From Trichomonas gallinae (taxonomy: Eukaryota), in the NCBI GenBank assembly GCA_008369845.1, contig MRSU01003427.1:1-41194 (forward strand): 41,194 nt of DNA. Reading direction: 5' to 3'. Each line of letters opens with the position of its first letter. Positions within the stretch are counted from its first letter, which is position 1. The position numbers were made by a program, and so were the translations under genes. The notes beneath the pieces were generated by a model. The model did not search any database, was not told where the DNA came from, and saw nothing but the letters and a program-made list of their open reading frames with translations. Positions 21,661-31,718 of this stretch are shown one piece after another.

Positions 21661-24600
21661 TCATGGTTCAACTAAATAAGTGAACATCTTTCCTCCCTTG
21701 ACATCGATTTCTCCGCGCTCCTTGATGTCAAATTGCTGACCGTAAATTAATTCATAGACTGGTCTAGAGATATGAACTTTCATTGGAACACCATGGTGTT
21801 CCATCTCATGAGCGATATTAATTGCTGGGCCAAGGATCTCAAATGTTGGTTTTTCTGTTCCAATGACTCCAGCAACAACTGGACCTCCCGTGTTGATTCC
21901 GACTCTGATTCTTAATGTCTCGTTATTGTCTTCATCAATCTGAACAAGTTTCTTGATGACACTGCATCCAAAGTCAACAACTTCGCGTGCGTGAACGGCT
22001 GGCTGGTTGACTTCGTCGAAAATGCCGCCCGCAGCCATGTAACAGTCTCCGATGCATTTGATCTTTGTCATTGTCTTGTGAGCATTTGTAATTGCGTCGA
22101 ATTCCTTGAACAAAATGTTGAGCATACCCATGACATACTGCGCATCATGGCTGCCGCACCATGGAGTGAACTCGACGATGTCCAAGAACAAAACAGTGAC
22201 AGACTGGACGGCGAAAGAAATGTCTTTCTCTCCTGCCTGAACTCTTGAGACTAACATTGGTGGCAAGATTGATGCGAGCATAGCATCTGACTTCTTTTTT
22301 TCGTCTGCAATCATCTTTTCATGCATGAGCATTTGTGTGACATTTCTGCCTGAAAAGATTCTTCTGCCTTGAACGGACTGGTTTGAAAACTCGATGTAAA
22401 TCTTGTCGCCTTTTTCGTTGTTGTAGATTAAAGTTTTTGTCTGGACTAAAACCTTTTCGAGCTTTGAGTCGCACTTGAATTTGCCGTTCAAGAAGAAGTC
22501 TGAAATCTTTGTGTTTTCGATATCTTTCTGTTCGATTGCAAACATCTCTTGGAAGGCTGTGTTGACACTCAATATTGCGCTGTTTTCATCGCCAACGACA
22601 ATGATAACGTCATCGAGTTTGTTGACGACATCATTATGGAACAACAAAGTCTTTTCTTTCTGTGCATCAAGTTTCTTGGAATAGTTGCCGCTTAAAACTT
22701 CGATTATGTGTGGATTGGAGAAAATTGTCTGTGGTGAACATCTCAGAAGATTTCCGAGAGTGAACTTAAGTAGCTTTTCTTCACGCTTAATTAAAATCAA
22801 TGAAATTATCGTGAAAATGAAAGCAACGATTGTCAAAATTGTTCCGCATAATATCATGTTGCCAAGTCCGCCCTTGATTGTGTCTGTGATTGTTGGGACA
22901 AGTTTTTCGCCTGTGTGATAATAAAATGCCTCGTAAAGTTCGAATGGGCCAATCTGCCATAACTCATCAACACCACCGCCTCTCAATTCGGGCCAAATTC
23001 CAAGCTGCATTTGCGAGTTGAATCTCTTCAACAAAGCAATTGTCAAGTATAGCTGGCCAGATGCTGAGAAGCAGTGAGCGCTGTATTGGACAGTTGTTGG
23101 TGGAACAGTATCATTCTTGCATCTTAAAACATCTGATGCTGCGTCTAATGATTTCTTCATTGATAAGAATGGAATATCATTTTCTGTTGTTCCACCTATG
23201 AAAAGCAGATGAAGGTAGTCAACAACTGTTGGCAAGAATCCGCTGATGACGTCGATTTCAGCTTGTGGTAATGGGCACATCGCTTTGAGGCTTTCGTCGT
23301 ATACTGAAGGAAGAATTGTCAAAATGGAAGAAAGGATTGAGTAAATAATGCAAATGCTGCCGTAGAGGTAGTTGATGTGATGGCAGCTTTTAACTAATGT
23401 CTGCGATGCAGAAATAAAGCCTGTGCATAAGAAAACATAGCAACCAATAGCACAGACAGCGACAATAATTAAATTGAAAATATTGTAAACCTCAACGGAT
23501 CCACTTGATGTTCCATCAGAGATAGAAGAGAATAATTTAATGATTGACTCTTCTTGTCTGGTTGTTTCTGTAGATCCAGCTGAGTTTGTCACTGAATAAG
23601 ATTCAGTGTTGTCTTTCTTGATCTTCGAGAAACTGGATGAAATGTTGGAAATAACCATCTTTGGAAGGGATCCCAATAAGCCGTAAATTTGCTGCTTATT
23701 TGACTTGAGATATGAAACCTGGAAGTGATAAACAAGTGCAAAAGCAACTAATGCAACAACAATGCAAGTTATCATTACAAAAAAGTATAATTTTTCGTTG
23801 AAAGTGTTCCATTCTCTGATGTAATCAACGATCAAATTCATTGCTTCGCCAGCAACTCTTGTTGTTGTAACATCATTAGAGCGAGATGTAACAGCATCCA
23901 TACCTGCAGCAACATCGATATCAACGTAACCAAAATCGAGGACTTTTCTGCAGTGTGTTGCAATCATGTAGATAAGCTGTACCATACTCGTTGATGTCGT
24001 TCTGACATCTGTTGAATTCAAGTAAAAGTTGAATGGAAGAACATTCGTGAAAATTTTGTTTCTTGCTTGTTCGAGGTATTTATTGCCTGTATGATATGAT
24101 CTGAAAGCTGTAAGCATTGATGTTGTGACTGGAACTTGTGTTGTGAGATACTCAACAATCTTCTTTGTATCCTTATTGCCTCCGTAAGCTGTCAATGGGA
24201 AATTGTCTGGAATTTCCATAGTAGCCATGAGCTTCCTTGATGTGTTCTTTGGATCAACAATATTCTCAACGAGATACTTTCCAATGAAGGCTGGAAGAAT
24301 GTTGATCAAGTTTCTCATGAAAGAAATGCCATAAAGGAAGTCTAATGGTTCTGCAAGAGATGATGTGTAATAGCCGAACCAGATTGTTAAGGCGATGACT
24401 GGAAGCATAACAAAAATCAAGAAGACGAGAATTGTGCTCCAAAACATGAACTTAATTGCTGGGATTTTATGCCTTTCAATGATGCCTTTCAAGTTTTCAG
24501 TCTGCTGAATGTCCAAATCCTCTTCAACCATGACTTCGTCCTGGCCGAATGATTCTTCTGTTGGGCCGTCAATCCTCCTGGAAATAGAAGTTTCGATATT

Positions 24601-26304
24601 CTCTGGCATTTCAGGGAATGCAATGAAGCCTAATTCGTGCAATGTGTCTTCATTGACTGATAAGCCTTTCTGGAGCAATTTGACATTATCCTGGCTCTTC
24701 TTGAATCCTATGAGATCTGCCTTAATCTCATACATGAACTTTGAATATTGTCTGGCAACATATCTGTTATTTGGATACAACATCATCAATTGCTTGATTT
24801 CAATATCAGAAGCATTGACTGATTCGTATGCGTTTTTGATTGCATGATCCAAATCATTGATGTTTCCTTGAAGAACTAAGTCCCAAATGTTTCTTATTCT
24901 GCTTTTTGTCTTGTTGAATAACTTAGTGATCTTCGATATCTTTGATTTCAATTCTGGTGTGAACTTTGTTTCTCTTGACTTGATAATTTGACCGATATTA
25001 GCTAATCTCTGTTCAGCAAGAGAGTTTGTCTTGATCAAAGATTTGATGTTTGTTGCAATGAACATCAAGGTTGATGTCTGCTCTGGATAAAGAGAAATGT
25101 ATTTCGCGTAAAGAGACCAAATGTCAAGTTCTGTTGACCATTTTTCAACAGCGGCCTTGAAGATTGAAAAATCAATGCATGAGCTGTGGCAGCATCTGAA
25201 TCCATCAGCAACAACCTCTTTGAACTTGTTCTTGGACTTGAAAACGTCCATGTTTGCTGATTCTTCGTATTCATCTAAGAGATTAAGATGCCTTCTTATT
25301 CTGTATTTTGTGAAGAAATCTGCCACCAGAAAGATGATAAAAGCAATGCCGCCGAAGACAGCAATGAACCAATCTGGCCATTCATCGACTGATAAGATTG
25401 GATAGATTGAAACGATACAAAGGACGAAACCTAAAACTGAACCTCCAAAAACCAACGTTTGATCTCTTGGATATACGAAGTTTGCGCAGTTGAAAACCGT
25501 TGTCATATTATAGACATAGCAGAATGCAGATAACATGACAAAGACAACTGATGGAGCCTTATCGAGATAACTTGTCATTGATGAGAAAAATGTAATCAAG
25601 TTTGTTATGAAGTAAAGTTTGCACTGCGATGATCCTTCGATTGTTTGGAATGAAATAACTCTGAATGTTAGTGTTCTAGTGTAGCATGTAACAATCGTCC
25701 ATGAATAAATCAAGAAATTGAATCCTGAAAATACAAGGGAAGCAATAAGGACGATACCAGGATAGTACGTTTTTGCGAAAAGTGACGAAATGATCTGACC
25801 GAAGTATTGAACCATTATAGGAATGAAAAGGAATGGAACAAATGACATGAAAATGGTGAGAATCACTGTGGAAAACCTAGAAATGAGGCTTGTTTTCTTG
25901 TATTTGAAAGAAGCGACGAGAAGATATACAGCGAAAATTAAAAGTATTGTGTTGATAACGTAAAGCATTATGAACTCATTTCCATCTCTATACTGGACTG
26001 GTATGATGTGGAAAAATACCGAGAAGATACTGATAGCGTGGAATGACACTGATAATTTATCAAAAACGGAATCGTTAGCTGCCATGAAAGCGCCTCCAAT
26101 CAACTGGAACAATCTGATGAAGGTGATTACTTTATGTAACAATGGTATTTTTGGTCCATAGATGTCCAAATAGTTGAACAACGCAGAAAAGTTGTCTCTT
26201 ATTTGATCTGAAACTGGAACGTCAACCAAATCATGATACTTGGAGCTCAAGGATCTTGCAAATAACGAATTATTAGCTGAGGAATATGATTGGGCATCTT
26301 CCAT
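21661..26304 (-). CDS. Transmembrane adenylate/guanylate (class III) cyclase with a PAS-like segment, trichomonad TMAC-type
   Basis: Many hydrophobic TM segments; PAS-like ILSVNTAFQEMF; catalytic domain motifs VTVLFLDIVEFT, KIKCIGDCYMAAGG, IRVGINTGGPVVAGVIG and FEILGPAINIAHEMEHHG. Confidence 0.95.
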   Translation of the reverse strand: MEDAQSYSSANNSLFARSLSSKYHDLVDVPVSDQIRDNFSALFNYLDIYGPKIPLLHKVITFIRLFQLIGGAFMAANDSVFDKLSVSFHAISIFSVFFHIIPVQYRDGNEFIMLYVINTILLIFAVYLLVASFKYKKTSLISRFSTVILTIFMSFVPFLFIPIMVQYFGQIISSLFAKTYYPGIVLIASLVFSGFNFLIYSWTIVTCYTRTLTFRVISFQTIEGSSQCKLYFITNLITFFSSMTSYLDKAPSVVFVMLSAFCYVYNMTTVFNCANFVYPRDQTLVFGGSVLGFVLCIVSIYPILSVDEWPDWFIAVFGGIAFIIFLVADFFTKYRIRRHLNLLDEYEESANMDVFKSKNKFKEVVADGFRCCHSSCIDFSIFKAAVEKWSTELDIWSLYAKYISLYPEQTSTLMFIATNIKSLIKTNSLAEQRLANIGQIIKSRETKFTPELKSKISKITKLFNKTKSRIRNIWDLVLQGNINDLDHAIKNAYESVNASDIEIKQLMMLYPNNRYVARQYSKFMYEIKADLIGFKKSQDNVKLLQKGLSVNEDTLHELGFIAFPEMPENIETSISRRIDGPTEESFGQDEVMVEEDLDIQQTENLKGIIERHKIPAIKFMFWSTILVFLIFVMLPVIALTIWFGYYTSSLAEPLDFLYGISFMRNLINILPAFIGKYLVENIVDPKNTSRKLMATMEIPDNFPLTAYGGNKDTKKIVEYLTTQVPVTTSMLTAFRSYHTGNKYLEQARNKIFTNVLPFNFYLNSTDVRTTSTSMVQLIYMIATHCRKVLDFGYVDIDVAAGMDAVTSRSNDVTTTRVAGEAMNLIVDYIREWNTFNEKLYFFVMITCIVVALVAFALVYHFQVSYLKSNKQQIYGLLGSLPKMVISNISSSFSKIKKDNTESYSVTNSAGSTETTRQEESIIKLFSSISDGTSSGSVEVYNIFNLIIVAVCAIGCYVFLCTGFISASQTLVKSCHHINYLYGSICIIYSILSSILTILPSVYDESLKAMCPLPQAEIDVISGFLPTVVDYLHLLFIGGTTENDIPFLSMKKSLDAASDVLRCKNDTVPPTTVQYSAHCFSASGQLYLTIALLKRFNSQMQLGIWPELRGGGVDELWQIGPFELYEAFYYHTGEKLVPTITDTIKGGLGNMILCGTILTIVAFIFTIISLILIKREEKLLKFTLGNLLRCSPQTIFSNPHIIEVLSGNYSKKLDAQKEKTLLFHNDVVNKLDDVIIVVGDENSAILSVNTAFQEMFAIEQKDIENTKISDFFLNGKFKCDSKLEKVLVQTKTLIYNNEKGDKIYIEFSNQSVQGRRIFSGRNVTQMLMHEKMIADEKKKSDAMLASILPPMLVSRVQAGEKDISFAVQSVTVLFLDIVEFTPWCGSHDAQYVMGMLNILFKEFDAITNAHKTMTKIKCIGDCYMAAGGIFDEVNQPAVHAREVVDFGCSVIKKLVQIDEDNNETLRIRVGINTGGPVVAGVIGTEKPTFEILGPAINIAHEMEHHGVPMKVHISRPVYELIYGQQFDIKERGEIDVKGGKMFTYLVEP

Positions 26305-28822
26305 TCAGAGAAAATGATTTTATTTTAATTTTGATTTCTTATTGAAAAATTCAATGCATACAAGCTAATCAATTTTTTTTTATTGGATGATTGAATACGT
26401 GCCATCTCTTGGATCTAATAATAATGTCATCTATTTTATCACAATTTTGTATATCTTATTGAAAAATGTTTTGATTCAATTAATATTTTGTAAATCATAA
26501 ACATATTATATACAGTGTTAGGATGAAAAATAAAACGAAATATTAAATCTAATTGTTCACTTATAATTGAAAACTTTCAAAAGCATAACTTCCTAATTTT
26601 TAATGGATTGTTATGAAAAAATGGAAATGTCTGTATAGATGATTGCTAAAGAATATATTTCCTCCTAATCAAAACGATGACTGACAAAATTGATAACTGT
26701 GTACATCAAACAGACCTTTTCAATTAACAAACGCAGTAAATCAATTTTTGATATATTTACAAAGTATTGAAATTTTTTCAATGTTAATTGGTTTACATTT
26801 CATTTAAAATTTTGTATGTCTCTGTCGGGTATATATCATAATTTGAATAGCATGTTACCGAGGATTTTGAAGGAGAATTATTGGTAGCAGTATATACATC
26901 ATTCTTGCAAATTTTTACCCAAAATTACGATTTTTACGACATTATTCTAAGAATTCTGAATGTATTGCATTGATGCAAATATATAAAAAAGCCCACTAAA
27001 AATTTGATAGAATTTAATCAGTGCGGGTAACGATCTTTTGCGATAATGTCTTTATAGCCTATATGCTTCAATGTTGGAACAATGATGTTGACAGAAATTT
27101 GAATTGCTTGAAAACTGCTCTCAAAATTGAAGCCTGAGATTTTATAATTTCCTTAATTTTATGATACATGGCTGTATACCATAAGCAATTATTCCTGATG
27201 ATCGATCTTTGGGCATATGAAATTACTGTTTTTTTCAGGAAACACTGTCCATAGATAATCACAGCATATAATGACTTTAAATATGAAATAATCCTAATAC
27301 CTGTTCCATGGGTGATATAACCCATGCATATGTCCGGGATTGACTTTTCCATTAATCGCATTGTTCGGAAACAAATGATCAAGATCCTGTTTTTAAGTCA
27401 TAGATAACATTATAATATGAATTAACGGCGTTTTCACAAGCTTATCCAACATTATTATTGCAGCAGATATTTGAGAGACGTATTTATTGTATGAATATTC
27501 GAAAAGGAGAACTTAATCATATTCTCATGGTGTGGTGTGATGCAGAACACACTTGGTTTTGCATAGAAATGATATCACATTAATGTCAAGAAAAATGTGA
27601 ATGAAAATATTATAATCTTCGGAAGAGGAATAATGCTAACAATGTATAACATTGAATTACTTAATCACTAGGCTTCAATTGAAAAGCACAAAAAAAATCC
27701 ATTATGAAAAGCATCACGGGGCACAAAATTCAATTGTTTGACACCTCATAGAGTGCATATTGTCTCTGATAAGGTGCACCTACAATATTAAGCTAATTAT
27801 GTATCAATATCATTTATTCTCAATGAATATACTCGAATATTGATATATTTAATTAGATTTATTAATAAATTAGAATCATTTAACATTAAGTCATTACATC
27901 TACCAATTATATCATATATACAACACGATAAAATACGAATTTCTATGATTTAGCACTGAAAAATTATTCAAAAAAAAATATTTTATATATTATATTCAAT
28001 ATATTAGATGAAATGTTTTCATTTTTGATTCGAAGCAATATATTACAAGCATTGGTTCTAGATTTAAATTCTTAATTCAAAATATGTATTAAATGAAATA
28101 GCGTTTTCATACATTGTTCCAAAACATTCCCATATATCTAATATGCGCGTAAGATTAATATGATCACAATCCGTTTTAATACATTTGTAATAAATATAAT
28201 CAAATCTAAAACAACAAGTTCCTATCAGTAGAACATTTCCGAACTAAAATCAATAGCCTTGCAATGTTTTTGAACAATAATTAAAAGGCAATAAATAAAA
28301 TACAAATTTTGAAACTTTAAAATCTTCTCGAGTTAATTTCACTTAAAAATAAATCAGTTGCATACAATATTCTTGATATATGCAATTACAAAAGTTGCTA
28401 TTCTTAAAGATTAGAAAAGTAAACTCCTCTCATTGGAAACTGTCCAATCTAAAAATCAGTTACCTGATCTATTTCAGATTAGTGTCACTAAATATTATTC
28501 AAAAATTGATAAAATTGTATATTTTTAACAGTATTTACTCTCAGTAGAGCCTCTCTGCATCATATATCAATTGACTGGAATGTTCTTAGAATATCATCAT
28601 ATTATTACAATGAACAGTGAAAATATTTTATGTCACTTTTGATTTTTGAAAATTCTGACACTTAACAATTGTAAATTTAAGGTTATAATATTGTCACTTT
28701 TCGTGCTCAAAGTTTTATATATTTTTTGGTCCAATTTTATGATTTTTAGGCTCTTTAGCATGCATACAATCTATATATCCTAATAAAAAGCAGAAATAAA
28801 TTCTATACATTTTACAAAAAAG

Positions 28823-30310
28823 ATGTTAACATGCTGTGATTCATCGATTCGAATATGGGAAAGTAACAGCAGTGAGCAGCCAATTCCTGTCGAAACCCCA
28901 TTAAAATACGTCAACACAGTTAAATACCTTGATGACAACAGGATTCTAGTCTCTGGAGGAAGATCTTCAGTAATCTATTTTACAGACGTTTATACTCGCA
29001 TACAACGCCAATACGACTTCGAAGAAAGCAACATTACGTATATAACAGCAAATAAAGACTCAACTGTCATCGTTGTTGGATTCCAAAATGGTAAAATTTC
29101 GCTTTTGAGATATCCAAACTTCAAGATTCTTGAGTCATTTAAGGTCCATGATTTTCCTGTCATATGTCTTTCCTACGATGCTAAGTTTGAGTCGATTTAT
29201 TCAGCAGATGATCACGGACACGTTTACGTTTACAAGGATGGAAAGGCATCATCCTTCTTCAAATCAGGCGCTCGTAACGGTGTTATAAGGAATTTCTCGA
29301 TATCTCCTAATGGAGAAAATTTAGCCGTTTCAAGTGGCAAATCTTTACGTGTTTACAACTTAGAAACAGGAGATTTGATTAATTTGCATGATATTGGTGC
29401 GATTGCTACATGCAATTTCTCACCAGTCCAAGAAAACGTAATCGTTATGGGAACTAATTTCGGTGATGTTCACATTTTCGACTTAAATCAAGGTGCAGTT
29501 GTCGTCGAGCATCAGTCTAACATCCCAATTTCAACAACAGCAATTAAATACGACGGTTATACATTCGCTGCTGGACATTCAGGCGGTGTTTTGTTATTTG
29601 ACTTGAGAAAGTCGAATACTCAATTCCGTGACTACAAGACTGTGCCAAGCATAGCTCCACATCAAATTGTTTTCCAAACACAAGATATTTCATATCATAT
29701 GTCAGAACAAGGCTTGAGTGTTGTTCCAAAGCCTAAGGTTCTTAAATCATTGTCAGTTGTCGAAGAATCTGTTGATGATGGAGATTATTCTGTTTCTAAG
29801 TTCACATTCAAGCGTTCATTACAAGAAATTAATGAAACTAAGTCAAGAATGAGCGGATTTATTTCACCAACTCGAAGTGGTATGAATTCTACACTTAACA
29901 AATCAGATATTAACTCTCCTTTGCCATACAGCTCGCGTACTCGCAGTCCAAGAGCCAACAGATCGATAGTTGCCCCTGAGATTCCACTTAGAAGTGTCCA
30001 AGATACAACAGAAATTCATATTTCAGAGCAAGACTTAAATATATCGAAACAAGAGCAAACACCAAAGAAGGCTCAGCCTGTAGCTTCTCCAACACCAGTA
30101 AAGGAGCAAACAACGCCTTCAAAAGCTAGAACAATTGATACTGAATTACCAATTCTCAGCGAGGACTCCGAAGTTCTCCCGCCGAATCTTAACACATCCG
30201 AGCCTCTTAATATGTTTGATCTCGAAGAGGAAGAAGATGAAAAGGTTAAAAAGATTGAAGAAATTCATCAGGTTAAGAAAGACGCACACCCATATGTAGT
30301 TGAAGAGTAA
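28823..30310 (+). CDS. WD40 beta-propeller protein with disordered S/P/E-rich tail; NEDD1/GCP-WD-like
   Basis: WD repeats across aa ~1-285 (IRIWE, LVSGG, LRVYNL, VHIFDL, LLFDLRK); blocks NFSPVQENVIV, DGYTFAAGHSGGVLLFDLR and QIVFQ resemble NEDD1 as I recall it. WD40 call is strong, orthology tentative. Confidence 0.85.
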   Translation: MLTCCDSSIRIWESNSSEQPIPVETPLKYVNTVKYLDDNRILVSGGRSSVIYFTDVYTRIQRQYDFEESNITYITANKDSTVIVVGFQNGKISLLRYPNFKILESFKVHDFPVICLSYDAKFESIYSADDHGHVYVYKDGKASSFFKSGARNGVIRNFSISPNGENLAVSSGKSLRVYNLETGDLINLHDIGAIATCNFSPVQENVIVMGTNFGDVHIFDLNQGAVVVEHQSNIPISTTAIKYDGYTFAAGHSGGVLLFDLRKSNTQFRDYKTVPSIAPHQIVFQTQDISYHMSEQGLSVVPKPKVLKSLSVVEESVDDGDYSVSKFTFKRSLQEINETKSRMSGFISPTRSGMNSTLNKSDINSPLPYSSRTRSPRANRSIVAPEIPLRSVQDTTEIHISEQDLNISKQEQTPKKAQPVASPTPVKEQTTPSKARTIDTELPILSEDSEVLPPNLNTSEPLNMFDLEEEEDEKVKKIEEIHQVKKDAHPYVVEE

Positions 30311-30726
30311 ACTTTTTATAATATATTTATTTGATTAATCAACCAAATATTATTAATATAAAATTCAAAATACAAAACTTTAAAATTATCAAATAAGTCT
30401 ATGAGCATTGTTATATTATCTTTATAGGTAATTAGAGTTTATAGGTTAAAATAATTAGAAATGATTATTTATAATAATTGATTTAATAATTTTTATAAAA
30501 ATATAATTTCCATTTTAATAAAGATAGTATATGAAATATATTTTTGTAGGCTATGTATAGGCGAAAGAATAATAAGTTTGACAAGATATTTAATAGAAAT
30601 CATGAATTAATAGAAACAGAGTTTATTTCTCTATATATATTAGCTGCAGTAGTGTCAAAATAATAGAAATATAAGGAATTAATGAGATACTTATATATAA
30701 GAATCCAAATTAAAAAAAAATGTTCG

Positions 30727-30751
30727 AACGGTTAATTTACAAAAAGGTGAC
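30727..30751 (+). promoter_or_regulatory. M3 (Myb-type) element AACGGTTA and M2-like AAAGGTGAC upstream of the Arl gene
   Basis: AACGGTTA at 30727-30734 and AAAGGTGAC at 30743-30751; ATG at 30758. Confidence 0.45.
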
Positions 30752-30757
30752 AACAAA

Positions 30758-31309
30758 ATGGGAGGCTTAGTTTCGAGTGTTTTATCATTGTTCCAAGGCA
30801 AGCCAGATGTCCGCATTTTGATCCTTGGCCTTGATGCTTCTGGTAAAACAACAATCTTATTTCACTTATCATTAGGCAACTTCGTACAAGAAGTGCAACC
30901 AACAGTCGCGTTTAACTTAGAAAAGGTCGAAGTCGGAAATCTCAAATTGCAGATCTGGGATCTCGGTGGCCAACATCAATTAAGAGCATTCTGGAGACTT
31001 TATTACCAAGATTCACACGGAATCGTTTTTGTTATTGACTCAGCAGATCGCGCAAGAATTGATTTATGTCGCGACGAACTGAAGCTTCTCTTACAAGAAG
31101 ATGAATTAAGGGGAGTTCCACTCCTCATTCTTGCAAATAAACAAGATATCGCGGGATCTATGAACGTTGACGAATTAACTACGAAATTAGAACTGTCCTC
31201 CATTAAAGATAGAGTTTGGACAATTATGCCTACATCTGCACTGCAAGGTACAAACATTAAAGAATCATTTATGTGGTTATCTCAGACTATCGAAAGCAAA
31301 ATGAAATGA
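30758..31309 (+). CDS. ARL1: ADP-ribosylation factor family small GTPase, Arl1-like
   Basis: N-terminal MG; P-loop GLDASGKT; WDLGGQ; W..YY; LANKQD; TSA. Family certain; Arl1 subfamily inferred from WDLGGQ and EDEL..VPLLILANKQD. Confidence 0.9.
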   Translation: MGGLVSSVLSLFQGKPDVRILILGLDASGKTTILFHLSLGNFVQEVQPTVAFNLEKVEVGNLKLQIWDLGGQHQLRAFWRLYYQDSHGIVFVIDSADRARIDLCRDELKLLLQEDELRGVPLLILANKQDIAGSMNVDELTTKLELSSIKDRVWTIMPTSALQGTNIKESFMWLSQTIESKMK

Positions 31310-31718
31310 AATTTGCTTAATAAAAATATTGAAATATTTATTTATATATACAAAACTCTTATTACATGGAAAACGCAATTTTAAATTAAATTTCGGTTTA
31401 GCTAAATTATGAAATCATTCTATATTCCATATGATAGATTTCCTAGTAGCTACTCCGAAACATAGCTTAATATACCCATATTTCTCTTCTTATTTTTATT
31501 CCATATTTCTAAAATAAAACAATGCTTTATGATGTATATGGCATTGTATTTGTATTAGATAATTTTGTGGTTTTCTCTATCAATTGATCGCATCTTGACA
31601 AAATTATCAAAAAATAATTTGCAAATCATCAAAAACTATACAAAATTTCCTTAAAAATATGCATATTTAAATAGAAATATTTACATATAAGAACTAAAAA
31701 ATAAAAATAACAAAATAA

